Below, one piece after another: positions 55,373 through 64,000 of a DNA stretch of 64,000 nt. Position numbers and translations under genes: made by a program. The number at the start of each line of letters is the position of its first letter. The stretch's first letter is position 1. The DNA comes from Candidatus Atelocyanobacterium thalassae (GTDB taxonomy: Bacteria; Cyanobacteriota; Cyanobacteriia; Cyanobacteriales; Microcystaceae). The stretch covers positions 548,715 to 612,714 of the forward strand of contig JBFPLN010000003.1 in NCBI GenBank assembly GCA_051971635.1, in the 5' to 3' direction. The notes beneath the pieces are model-generated. The model saw only the letters and a program-made list of their open reading frames with translations, was not told the origin of the DNA and did not search any database.

Positions 55373-56317
55373 ATGACTCTAAACCTGATTGTGAAAGATA
55401 AGGGCGATCGAATTGATCGTTGGTTATCAAAAAACATCGTTAATATTTCCCGTTCTCATATTCAAAAATTAATCAAAATGGGAAATGTTATCGTAAATAA
55501 TAAAGTATGTAAGACTAAAAAAGAGCAAGTAATTCTAGGTGATTATTTACAAATTTGTTTGCCATTACCTCAAAAACTAGAATTAATACCAGAGATAATT
55601 CCACTTGATATTTTATATGAAGATGAATATTTAATTATTATAAATAAAGCAGCTAATATGGTTGTGCATCCTTCTCCCGGACATAATAAAGGAACTCTTG
55701 TCCATGCTTTATTACATCATTGTTCGAATTTATCTGGCATTGGAGAAGTTCAAAGACCAGGTATAGTTCATCGCCTAGACAAGGATACAACAGGAGCAAT
55801 TGTAATAGCAAAAACAGATTTTGTACATCAACATCTACAAAAACAAATTAGAAACAGAATAATCAAGAGAGAATATATAGCTATCATACATGGTGTTCTA
55901 AAAAATAAAGAAAATAATAATAATAAAATCGACGAAGGTATAATTAATTTACCTATTGGTCGTCATCTAATAGATAGAAAAAAGATGGCAATCAGACCAA
56001 TTGAAAAGAATGGACGTCAAGCGGTTACTTACTGGAAAATATTGGAAAGATTAGGCAACTATAGCCTGATTAAATTTAACCTAGAAACTGGCAGAACTCA
56101 TCAAATTAGAGTCCATAGTAGTTTTTTAGGTTGTCCTATTCTAGGTGATCCACTGTATAGTTCAAATCGTTCCTTAAATATAAATTTATCAGGTCAAGTA
56201 TTGCATGCTCATAAATTAAGCCTAATACACCCAATTAGTTCAATAAGACTCGAGGTAACTGCTGCGCTTCCATCAGAATTTACAAAATTATTGATAAGCC
56301 TACGAAAAAATAATTAA
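55373..56317 (+). CDS. RluA/RluD family pseudouridine synthase with S4 domain
   Basis: VHRLDKDTTG, LETGRTHQIRVH, GDPLY. Confidence 0.95.
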   Translation: MTLNLIVKDKGDRIDRWLSKNIVNISRSHIQKLIKMGNVIVNNKVCKTKKEQVILGDYLQICLPLPQKLELIPEIIPLDILYEDEYLIIINKAANMVVHPSPGHNKGTLVHALLHHCSNLSGIGEVQRPGIVHRLDKDTTGAIVIAKTDFVHQHLQKQIRNRIIKREYIAIIHGVLKNKENNNNKIDEGIINLPIGRHLIDRKKMAIRPIEKNGRQAVTYWKILERLGNYSLIKFNLETGRTHQIRVHSSFLGCPILGDPLYSSNRSLNINLSGQVLHAHKLSLIHPISSIRLEVTAALPSEFTKLLISLRKNN

Positions 56318-56448
56318 ACATATTATTATACTATTCATTTAAATTAATCATTTTTTTTATTGCTAAAATGAAGGATGTTAAATTAATATATAATCTTAAA
56401 AAATTATATATTAATTTATAAAAAGTTTACTTATTAGAGAAATCTTGC

Positions 56449-58341
56449 GTGAAATCTAATTGGTCTATACATGACAGTGAAGAACTATATGGATTAAAAA
56501 GATGGGGAAAGCCTTATTTTAATATTAGTAATGTAGGGCATATACTAGTCTCTCCTCAAAGTAATAAAAATAAGGCTTTGAATCTATTTAAATTAGTTCA
56601 AAACTTAGAGGGAAGAAATTTTAATTTACCTTTATTGGTTCACTTTCCAGATATAATAGAAGATAGGATTGAGCAACTTAATCATTGCTTCAATAGAGCA
56701 ATAGCTAGATATAGATACCAGGGATCATATCAGGGTGTCTTTCCTATTAAGGTCAATCAACAGCGTCATATAATTGAATCGATTGTTAATTATGGCTATA
56801 AGCATAAGTATGGTCTGGAGGTGGGATCAAAACCAGAATTACTCATTGCCTTGTCCCAGTTAAAAAACTCTAACTCTCTTCTCATATGTAACGGATATAA
56901 AGATAAAAAGTATGTTGAGACAGCTATAATAGCTTATCACTTAGGCTATAACATTTTGATAGTTGTTGAACAATTAAGTGAAATATATTTGGTAGCTGAT
57001 GTTGCTCTAGAGCATGGTATTAAACCAAGTTTAGGAATTCGTGCGAAGTTAAGCGCCAAAGGAGATAGCCGCTGGGCTGATTCTGCAGGGGACAGAGCAA
57101 AATTTGGACTTAGTGTAACAGAAATCATATCTGCACTTGATCAACTACGTAAGTCTGAAATGCTTACTAGTCTTAAATTGCTTCATTTTCATATTGGTTC
57201 TCAAATATCTGCTATTGCGACGATAAAAGATGCATTGAGTGAAGCTAGCCAGATTTATGTAAATCTGTGCCAACTTGGAGCTCCTATGGAATATTTTGAT
57301 GTAGGGGGAGGCTTAGGAATTGACTATGACGGCTCAAATACTAATTTTCCTGCATCCAAAAATTATAGCATGCAAAATTATGCCAATGATGTTGTTGCAG
57401 CTATTAAAACAGCTTGTAATAATCAAAATATTAAAGTTCCTGTTATTGTTAGTGAAAGCGGTAGATCTGTTGCTTCTCATCAGTCTATTCTTATAGTTAA
57501 CGTTCTAGGAGTAGATAAGATCGAAGAGTTTAATGAAACTACTGAAATAGAGAACTGTCATACATTAGTGCAAGAAATATTGGAAATATATATCTCTATT
57601 AATGAAACTAATTTTCAGGAAGCTTATCATGACGTTTTGCAATTAAAAAAAGAGATAGAAAGCCTTTTCTCTTTTGGGTATTTAAACTTATACGAAAGAG
57701 GCAAAGCAGAAGAACTATTTTGGAAGTGTTGCCGTAAAATAAAAACGATTTTACAAGAAGTAGATCTAGACTTAGACGAGCTAGATAATCTTCACCAACT
57801 TTTGCTATCAACTTATTATTGTAATTTTTCAGTTTTCCAATCTCTTCCTGATAATTGGTCTATTGATCAATTATTTCCAATAATGCCTATTCATCGTCTA
57901 ACTGAAAAGCCAACCGAACTTGGAACTCTTGCTGACTTGACTTGTGATAGTGATGGTAAAGTTTCTCGGTTCATTGGATATCAAAATGTTAAACCTCATC
58001 TTGAACTACACCCTTGGAAAAGAGATGAACCGTATTATTTAGGATTTTTTTTAAGCGGAGCATATCAAGAAATTCTAGGTAGCTTACACAATCTTTTTGG
58101 AGATACTAATGCAGTACATATTAAATTAGATAAAAATGGATATCATATTGAGTCTATTATTAAAGGAGATTCGGTAGCAGAAGTATTAAAATATCTAGAG
58201 TATAATAGTCGAGACATGATTAAAAGTATGCATAAAAAGACCCAAAAAGCTTTTAAAAACCGCCAAATAACTTTTAAAGAATCTCAGCTATTTTTAAAGT
58301 ATTATAAAGATGCTTTATACAATTATACTTATCTTAAGTAG
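56449..58341 (+). CDS. speA: Biosynthetic arginine decarboxylase
   Basis: FPIKVNQ (PLP Lys), GSKPEL, CNGYKD, HFHIGSQI, DVGGGLG, ESGR, TCDSDG. Confidence 0.97.
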   Translation: MKSNWSIHDSEELYGLKRWGKPYFNISNVGHILVSPQSNKNKALNLFKLVQNLEGRNFNLPLLVHFPDIIEDRIEQLNHCFNRAIARYRYQGSYQGVFPIKVNQQRHIIESIVNYGYKHKYGLEVGSKPELLIALSQLKNSNSLLICNGYKDKKYVETAIIAYHLGYNILIVVEQLSEIYLVADVALEHGIKPSLGIRAKLSAKGDSRWADSAGDRAKFGLSVTEIISALDQLRKSEMLTSLKLLHFHIGSQISAIATIKDALSEASQIYVNLCQLGAPMEYFDVGGGLGIDYDGSNTNFPASKNYSMQNYANDVVAAIKTACNNQNIKVPVIVSESGRSVASHQSILIVNVLGVDKIEEFNETTEIENCHTLVQEILEIYISINETNFQEAYHDVLQLKKEIESLFSFGYLNLYERGKAEELFWKCCRKIKTILQEVDLDLDELDNLHQLLLSTYYCNFSVFQSLPDNWSIDQLFPIMPIHRLTEKPTELGTLADLTCDSDGKVSRFIGYQNVKPHLELHPWKRDEPYYLGFFLSGAYQEILGSLHNLFGDTNAVHIKLDKNGYHIESIIKGDSVAEVLKYLEYNSRDMIKSMHKKTQKAFKNRQITFKESQLFLKYYKDALYNYTYLK

Positions 58342-58481
58342 CAAACCATAACATTTATATTGTAATGTTTACTACATAAATATATTTATAATATTTCTCA
58401 AATGATTATATTGTTCGCATGAATATATTAATCTATGGGAATAATAAACTTTTTATTAACTATGCTTAGAAGGCTTTAACA

Positions 58482-59765
58482 ATGAACTCTTTAGGACGTC
58501 ATATTTTAGTTGAATTTTTTGGATGCTCATCTGAAATTTTGAATAATGTGTCAGTAATTGAATCTAGTATGTTGGTAGCTGCTCAAGATGCTGGTGCAAC
58601 AGTTATTAATTCAACATTCCATCACTTTTCTCCATTTGGTGTATCAGGAGTAGTTGTTATTCAAGAAAGCCATCTAGCAATTCATACATGGCCTGAATAT
58701 CGTTATGCAGCAGTAGATTTATTTACTTGTGGTGATACTGTAAATCCATGGATATCTTTTGATAGATTAAAAATCTTATTTAAAGCTGATTATGGTTCTG
58801 CATTAGAACTAAATCGTGGACAGCTAGAGTTGCTCGAGAGAATAGATGTTGAATTAGGAGAGCTTCGTGACGAAACTACTAATAAACTAGTTATTCCAAA
58901 AGTCAGTAGAAGTGTTTGGCTTACTGACCGTAACGAAAATGTTGCTCTTTCGATACGCCATAAAGGAGAACATATTTTTTATGAAAAGTCACCCTATCAA
59001 ACTGTAGAAATTTTTGATACTTTTGAATATGGAAAAATGTTGACTATTGATAAAATGGTCATGTGCACTGAAAAAGATGAAAATGCTTATCATGAAATGA
59101 TAATACACGTACCTATGTTACTCAATCCTTCATTTTCTAATATATTAGTTATTGGAGGTGGAGATGGTGGCAGTGTAAGAGAGTTGATACGTCATTCCCA
59201 TATTCAAAAAATAACTATAGTGGAAATTGATGAAACGATAATTAGGGCTTCAAAGCAATATTTACCATCTTTATCTAGTCAACTTAGCAATGAGAAAGTT
59301 GATCTATACATAGAAGATGGAATTACTTTTATTCATAACACAGATGATGAAGAATATGACCTAATAATAGTAGATTCATCTGATCCTGTTGGACCTGCTG
59401 AAGGATTATTTAGTTATGAATTTTATAGACAAATTTATCGCTGTTTAAAACCTAATGGAGCTATGGCAGCTAATACAGAATCTCCATGTTTTAATCAAAA
59501 AGTTTTTGTCGATATTAATCATTGCTTAAGTGATATTTTTGGAGGGGAAAATGTTCATTCTTATTTAAGTTTTATTCCTACCTATCCTACTGGAATGTGG
59601 AGTTTTGCCTACACTAGAAAAGGTAGTATGCACCCATTGGATAATTTTGATTCTGAACAGGCAGAAATTTTTACTAGACAACATAATTTAAAGTACTATA
59701 ATCCTGGAATTCATAGTTCTGCTTTTTGTTTACCAACTTTTGTTCAAAATATGCTTGATGAGTAA
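58482..59765 (+). CDS. Fused S-adenosylmethionine decarboxylase (SpeD) - aminopropyltransferase (SpeE)
   Basis: N-domain [20 protein letters not shown]...DLFTCG; C-domain [29 protein letters not shown] in one ORF. Confidence 0.93.
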   Translation: MNSLGRHILVEFFGCSSEILNNVSVIESSMLVAAQDAGATVINSTFHHFSPFGVSGVVVIQESHLAIHTWPEYRYAAVDLFTCGDTVNPWISFDRLKILFKADYGSALELNRGQLELLERIDVELGELRDETTNKLVIPKVSRSVWLTDRNENVALSIRHKGEHIFYEKSPYQTVEIFDTFEYGKMLTIDKMVMCTEKDENAYHEMIIHVPMLLNPSFSNILVIGGGDGGSVRELIRHSHIQKITIVEIDETIIRASKQYLPSLSSQLSNEKVDLYIEDGITFIHNTDDEEYDLIIVDSSDPVGPAEGLFSYEFYRQIYRCLKPNGAMAANTESPCFNQKVFVDINHCLSDIFGGENVHSYLSFIPTYPTGMWSFAYTRKGSMHPLDNFDSEQAEIFTRQHNLKYYNPGIHSSAFCLPTFVQNMLDE

Positions 59766-60795
59766 TCGAAATAAAAGTTTGTTAGATTTTAATCCAAATA
59801 GCATTGGAGTAGAAAACGGTAACTTATATGGACTACCTTATACCTATGAAAATGCTGGAATTATTGTTTTTGGTATCCCTTGGGAAGTTACAGTATCCTA
59901 TAAGACTGGAACAGTACTAGGACCACTGAGGGTACTAGAAGCTTCTCCTCAACTTGATCTGTATGATTCAGATAATCCTTATGGTTGGAATCAAGGTATT
60001 TTTATGCCACCAATTTCACAATTTTTATTGACACTTAATCAAAAGTTTAGAAAAAAAGCTTTACACATAATTGAGGCAAGTGAGCAAAATATAGATATTA
60101 AAAATAGCCTAAAACTACAACAAGAGTTAACAAGCGTTAATTTAGCCTGTAAACAAATGATAGATTGGGTGAATAGGAATACTAGTAATGCCCTTCAAGC
60201 AGGAAAAAAAGTTGGCATTGTTGGGGGTGATCATAGTGTTCCACTTGGGTATATTAAATCTTTAGCTAAATATAATAATGAATTTGGAATTCTTCATATT
60301 GATGCACATGCTGATTTGAGAATAGATTACCAGGGGTTTTCCTACTCTCATGCTTCAATTATGAATAATGTGCTAAAAATACCTCAAGTTGTTAAATTGG
60401 TTCAGGTTGGCATTCGAGATTTTTGCAATGACGAAGAATTTACTATTACATCATCCAATAATAGAATAATTACCTATTATGATTCATTTTTGAAGAACTT
60501 CCAGTATGAAGGAATAAGTTGGTATCAACAATGTCAAGCCATTATTAACAACCTACCCAAAAAAGTTTATATTAGTTTTGATTTAGATGGATTAGATCCA
60601 AAATTGTGCCCTCATACAGGAACTCCTGTAGCTGGTGGATTAAATTTAGAGGCAACATTTTATCTATTAAAACAACTAGTCGAAAGCAATAGAAAAATAA
60701 TTGGGTTTGATGTCTCTGAAATAGGTAATGGCGAATGGGATGGAAATGTTGGTGCCAGAGTAATATATAAATTATGTTGTTTATTAGGTTTATAA
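59758..60795 (+). CDS. speB: Agmatinase-family ureohydrolase
   Basis: [39 protein letters not shown] at 59758 overlaps the upstream ORF's end. Confidence 0.88.
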   Translation: MSNRNKSLLDFNPNSIGVENGNLYGLPYTYENAGIIVFGIPWEVTVSYKTGTVLGPLRVLEASPQLDLYDSDNPYGWNQGIFMPPISQFLLTLNQKFRKKALHIIEASEQNIDIKNSLKLQQELTSVNLACKQMIDWVNRNTSNALQAGKKVGIVGGDHSVPLGYIKSLAKYNNEFGILHIDAHADLRIDYQGFSYSHASIMNNVLKIPQVVKLVQVGIRDFCNDEEFTITSSNNRIITYYDSFLKNFQYEGISWYQQCQAIINNLPKKVYISFDLDGLDPKLCPHTGTPVAGGLNLEATFYLLKQLVESNRKIIGFDVSEIGNGEWDGNVGARVIYKLCCLLGL

Positions 60796-60905
60796 AAGAA
60801 TATTGCAATTTATATAATTACTTATTAAATATCTTAATTTGCTAGTATAGGTTTTTTTATCAAGAAAATTAAATTTAAACACATAAAAAGCTACGTTCTA
60901 GATTG

Positions 60906-62573
60906 CTATATTCCATGACTTTTACCGATTACCCAATGACGGCGAAAAAAATGTGATAAGACTGATTCGTCTAAGGGTAAATAAATAGGTCTTCCATGTG
61001 GACAAGTTCTTGGATTACGAGTATTTTTCCAAGAATCTAAGATTTCCTGCATTCTACGTAATTCTAGAGAAACTCCATTACGAATAGCACTTTTACAAGC
61101 GGTTGCGACTTGTGCTGACTCTAAATCTTTTTCTAAGCTTAACTCTAGTAGAATGTCTGAACAATCTGTCTCATCTACTAATAATTGCGGAACCGTTCTA
61201 ATTATCCACATTTGTTCTCCAAATGTTTCAAGTTCTAGACCTATATTTTGTAGCTGTTTAACTTGATAGTTAGACAAAGTAAGAACTACAGGGTTTTTAA
61301 TTTTTGTTAGTTTCCATTCATCTTGAAGTTTTTCATATAGGATCCTTTCATGGGCAATATGTTGTTCCACTAGCCACAGACCATGAGAGTGTTCTGCAAC
61401 AATATATGTTTTATTAACTTGTCCAATTGCTTTCAGCGGTAACAAATCTAATTTATTAATATCGTTAATGTCGTTAGCGCAACTATGATCATTTCCTGTT
61501 ATCGAAAATTTAAGTAATTTATGTAATTTTTTACTGTCCCCTAAAACAATAGAAGGTGATGCACATAAGCTAAGACTTTGTTGAATAATTGTAGATATTT
61601 GTTCTTCCCAAAATTCTATAAAATGTAGATAAACTTCAGACTTAATTGGATGTCGATTCCAATCTACTTCTTCATATGGTGCATACAATTCTAAAAAACA
61701 GATAGGGAAACGTCCCTTTGGTAAACATCTACCAAAAGAACGAATTACTGACTGTTCTAGTTGAGGCGATTTGATAACTCGTCCATTAATTCCTACTTTT
61801 ACCCAATCAGAACAACTACGATGACATCTATCAGGCAATCCTATAACAATATTGATATTTCCATTTTTACATGATGGTGTCTGTATCTCGTTAGAAGTGA
61901 ATCGTAAATCATTGTAACTAATCTGATTTAATAATTGAGGTATGATTTGTTGTGTAGTTTTCCCTGGACTAATATTAAGCCAAGGTTTGCCATTCAACTT
62001 TGCATCCCATGTAACATGTGGGTGACATAAAGATGCATTTTCAATAATATTGCGTATTGCTTTTAATTGTTTTTTAAAAGTAGGTAAGCCTTTTCGCCGA
62101 ACCGGCATATTACCAAATATGTCAGAAATAATAATAGTTGTGCCTGAGGCAATAGCAACAACTTTCTCGTGAATTGGCCGCCCTTGTAGATCATATGTAA
62201 TACACCATCCTTTACTATTGTCTATATTGTGGCGACTTTTAATGGTTAATTGACCTACATTGGCAACACTAAACAAAGCTTCTCCCCGAAAACCTAAGCT
62301 ATTAATATGACAAAGGTCGTCTAATCTGTAAATCTTGCTAGTATGATGGGCTCTTGCACAATTGCGTAAGTCCTGCAAAGACATTCCCATACCATTATCA
62401 GTAACGCTAACTTGCCAAAGCTCAGTATTTAAAGAGATATTTATACGAGTTGATTTTGCATCAAGACAATTATCTACTAGCTCTCGAACTACAGATGCTA
62501 GAGAATCTATAATTTCTCCTGCTGCTATTATATTTACAATTTCAGGGGAAAGAAGTTGAATGGGATGTAACAT
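60906..62573 (-). CDS. mutL: DNA mismatch repair protein MutL
   Basis: IAAGE, ELVDNCLDA, DNGMGM, LGFRGEAL, EQHIAHERILYE, ACK, CPHGRP. Confidence 0.97.
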   Translation of the reverse strand: MLHPIQLLSPEIVNIIAAGEIIDSLASVVRELVDNCLDAKSTRINISLNTELWQVSVTDNGMGMSLQDLRNCARAHHTSKIYRLDDLCHINSLGFRGEALFSVANVGQLTIKSRHNIDNSKGWCITYDLQGRPIHEKVVAIASGTTIIISDIFGNMPVRRKGLPTFKKQLKAIRNIIENASLCHPHVTWDAKLNGKPWLNISPGKTTQQIIPQLLNQISYNDLRFTSNEIQTPSCKNGNINIVIGLPDRCHRSCSDWVKVGINGRVIKSPQLEQSVIRSFGRCLPKGRFPICFLELYAPYEEVDWNRHPIKSEVYLHFIEFWEEQISTIIQQSLSLCASPSIVLGDSKKLHKLLKFSITGNDHSCANDINDINKLDLLPLKAIGQVNKTYIVAEHSHGLWLVEQHIAHERILYEKLQDEWKLTKIKNPVVLTLSNYQVKQLQNIGLELETFGEQMWIIRTVPQLLVDETDCSDILLELSLEKDLESAQVATACKSAIRNGVSLELRRMQEILDSWKNTRNPRTCPHGRPIYLPLDESVLSHFFRRHWVIGKSHGI

Positions 62574-62717
62574 GAAGGGGAAATAGCATTTTTAGAATTG
62601 TATTAATTAGGGTTATTGTACTTTTATTTTTTTTTAAAACAATACATCATAAAAATATCGTAAAAATCAAATTTAATGAAGAAACATAATTATACTCAAA
62701 TAGCTATTCAAAAAAAT

Positions 62718-63458
62718 TTAAACTGCTAATAAGTTATTTGATTGGGGTAATTGCTCAGAACTAGGTAGCTCAAGACAATAGCCGGCTCCATAGACTGTCT
62801 TTATATAGCAAGGATGCCTTGGATCTGGCTCTAATTTTGTTCTTAAGTGGCGAATGTGAACACGTATAGTTTCGATATCGTCATCAGGATCATATCCCCA
62901 TACTTCCTTTAAAATTTCACTTGGTGAGACAGTTTGTCCATGTCTTTGTAATAGGCAATGTAATAATTCAAATTCCAGGTGAGTTAACTTGACAGTTTGT
63001 TCAAACCAAATTGCCTCAAATCTTTCAGGAATAAGCGTCAATGGTCCATAATTTAGAATTTCAGAGTGTTTGGCCGCTTGGGGGATTCGATCTGTTCTAC
63101 GTAAAAGTGCTCTAACCCTGGCTAACATTTCTGCTAGTTCAAAAGGTTTTGTTAGATAGTCATCAGCTCCAGCGTTAAAACCTTCTACCTTATCTTTAGT
63201 CTGTCCTAAAGCTGATAGCATTAGGACAGGAATATCAGCAGTACGTTCATCTCTTCGTAATCTTTGACAAACTGTAAATCCATCTACTTTTGGTAGCATT
63301 AAATCTAACATTATTAAATCTGGTTGTAATTGGACAGCTAAGGCTTGTCCCTTGATTCCATCCGGAGCTTGGTTAATGTCATAACCTGCCATTTCTAAGT
63401 TAGTAGAGATAAGATCTCTGATGGCATCATCATCTTCAATTACAAGTATTCGAGGCAT
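62718..63458 (-). CDS. rpaA: OmpR-family response regulator RpaA (circadian output)
   Basis: [58 protein letters not shown]. Confidence 0.95.
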   Translation of the reverse strand: MPRILVIEDDDAIRDLISTNLEMAGYDINQAPDGIKGQALAVQLQPDLIMLDLMLPKVDGFTVCQRLRRDERTADIPVLMLSALGQTKDKVEGFNAGADDYLTKPFELAEMLARVRALLRRTDRIPQAAKHSEILNYGPLTLIPERFEAIWFEQTVKLTHLEFELLHCLLQRHGQTVSPSEILKEVWGYDPDDDIETIRVHIRHLRTKLEPDPRHPCYIKTVYGAGYCLELPSSEQLPQSNNLLAV

Positions 63459-64000
63459 TTCAATAAAATAATAATTAAATGTAAACGTTAAGTAAGAATT
63501 ATGTTTGGATAATAAAGAATCCTGTACCGATTATAAACATGATTTCTCAAATAGTCCTGGAATTGTTAAAATTACCAGACATCATTTTTAAAAACCCTTT
63601 TTATAAAGTTCTTAAAGATTGCGAATTAATCTTAATATTCTAATAAAACAACTATAAATTTACTTGTTTCTCAACATATATTATTTTAATTATTTAGACC
63701 ACAAGGCATATGTTCTATCGTAAAACTATCTAGTTATTAATTTCTAGAGAATTTATTATTTTTCGATATTTACATATATTGTTACGGTTACTCAGCACAA
63801 CATCTTTATATCTAAAAAATAAACTATTCTTATTTCCAACTTAATAGTGGGAGTGTACTATTTTCATTGTTTAAATAAGTGCATACTACTTATCCAACTT
63901 TATTAGACTAAAAACATTAAGGATGCTTAACGCTTGGATAGACTACGGAGAAAGGGTTACAAGGAATATTTAACAGATAATTTACGAGGATTATATTTAT

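Noticed and set aside
63900..64000. Possible ncRNA or leader at the window end (GAGG followed by ...ttat)
   Set aside because: Most likely the 5'UTR and RBS of a gene starting beyond the window; no recognisable RNA family

Overview
AT-rich (roughly 30% GC by eye) chromosomal window from a genome-reduced, unicellular N2-fixing cyanobacterium. The gene mix best fits Candidatus Atelocyanobacterium thalassa (UCYN-A): photosystem I and chlorophyll genes (psaL, psaI, chlB, GUN4), the nif regulator cnfR/patB, hypC, a petH lacking its phycobilisome-anchor domain, no PSII, phycobilisome or Calvin-cycle genes in the window, and long eroded spacers. This assignment is an inference, not a database match. 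The window holds about 48 CDSs, mostly housekeeping, and one tRNA-Gly(GCC). I found no mobile elements, CRISPR arrays or rRNA. Most notable: (1) a complete speA / speD-speE fusion / speB-like polyamine cluster; (2) a short-form petH with a probable decayed remnant of the CpcD-like domain upstream; (3) a LexA lacking autocleavage residues but keeping a near-canonical box; (4) a perfect 37-bp inverted duplication of a gene's 3' end, plus other perfect palindromes; (5) a perfect NtcA-consensus site upstream of cnfR; (6) psaI and the tRNA, both absent from the ORF track.
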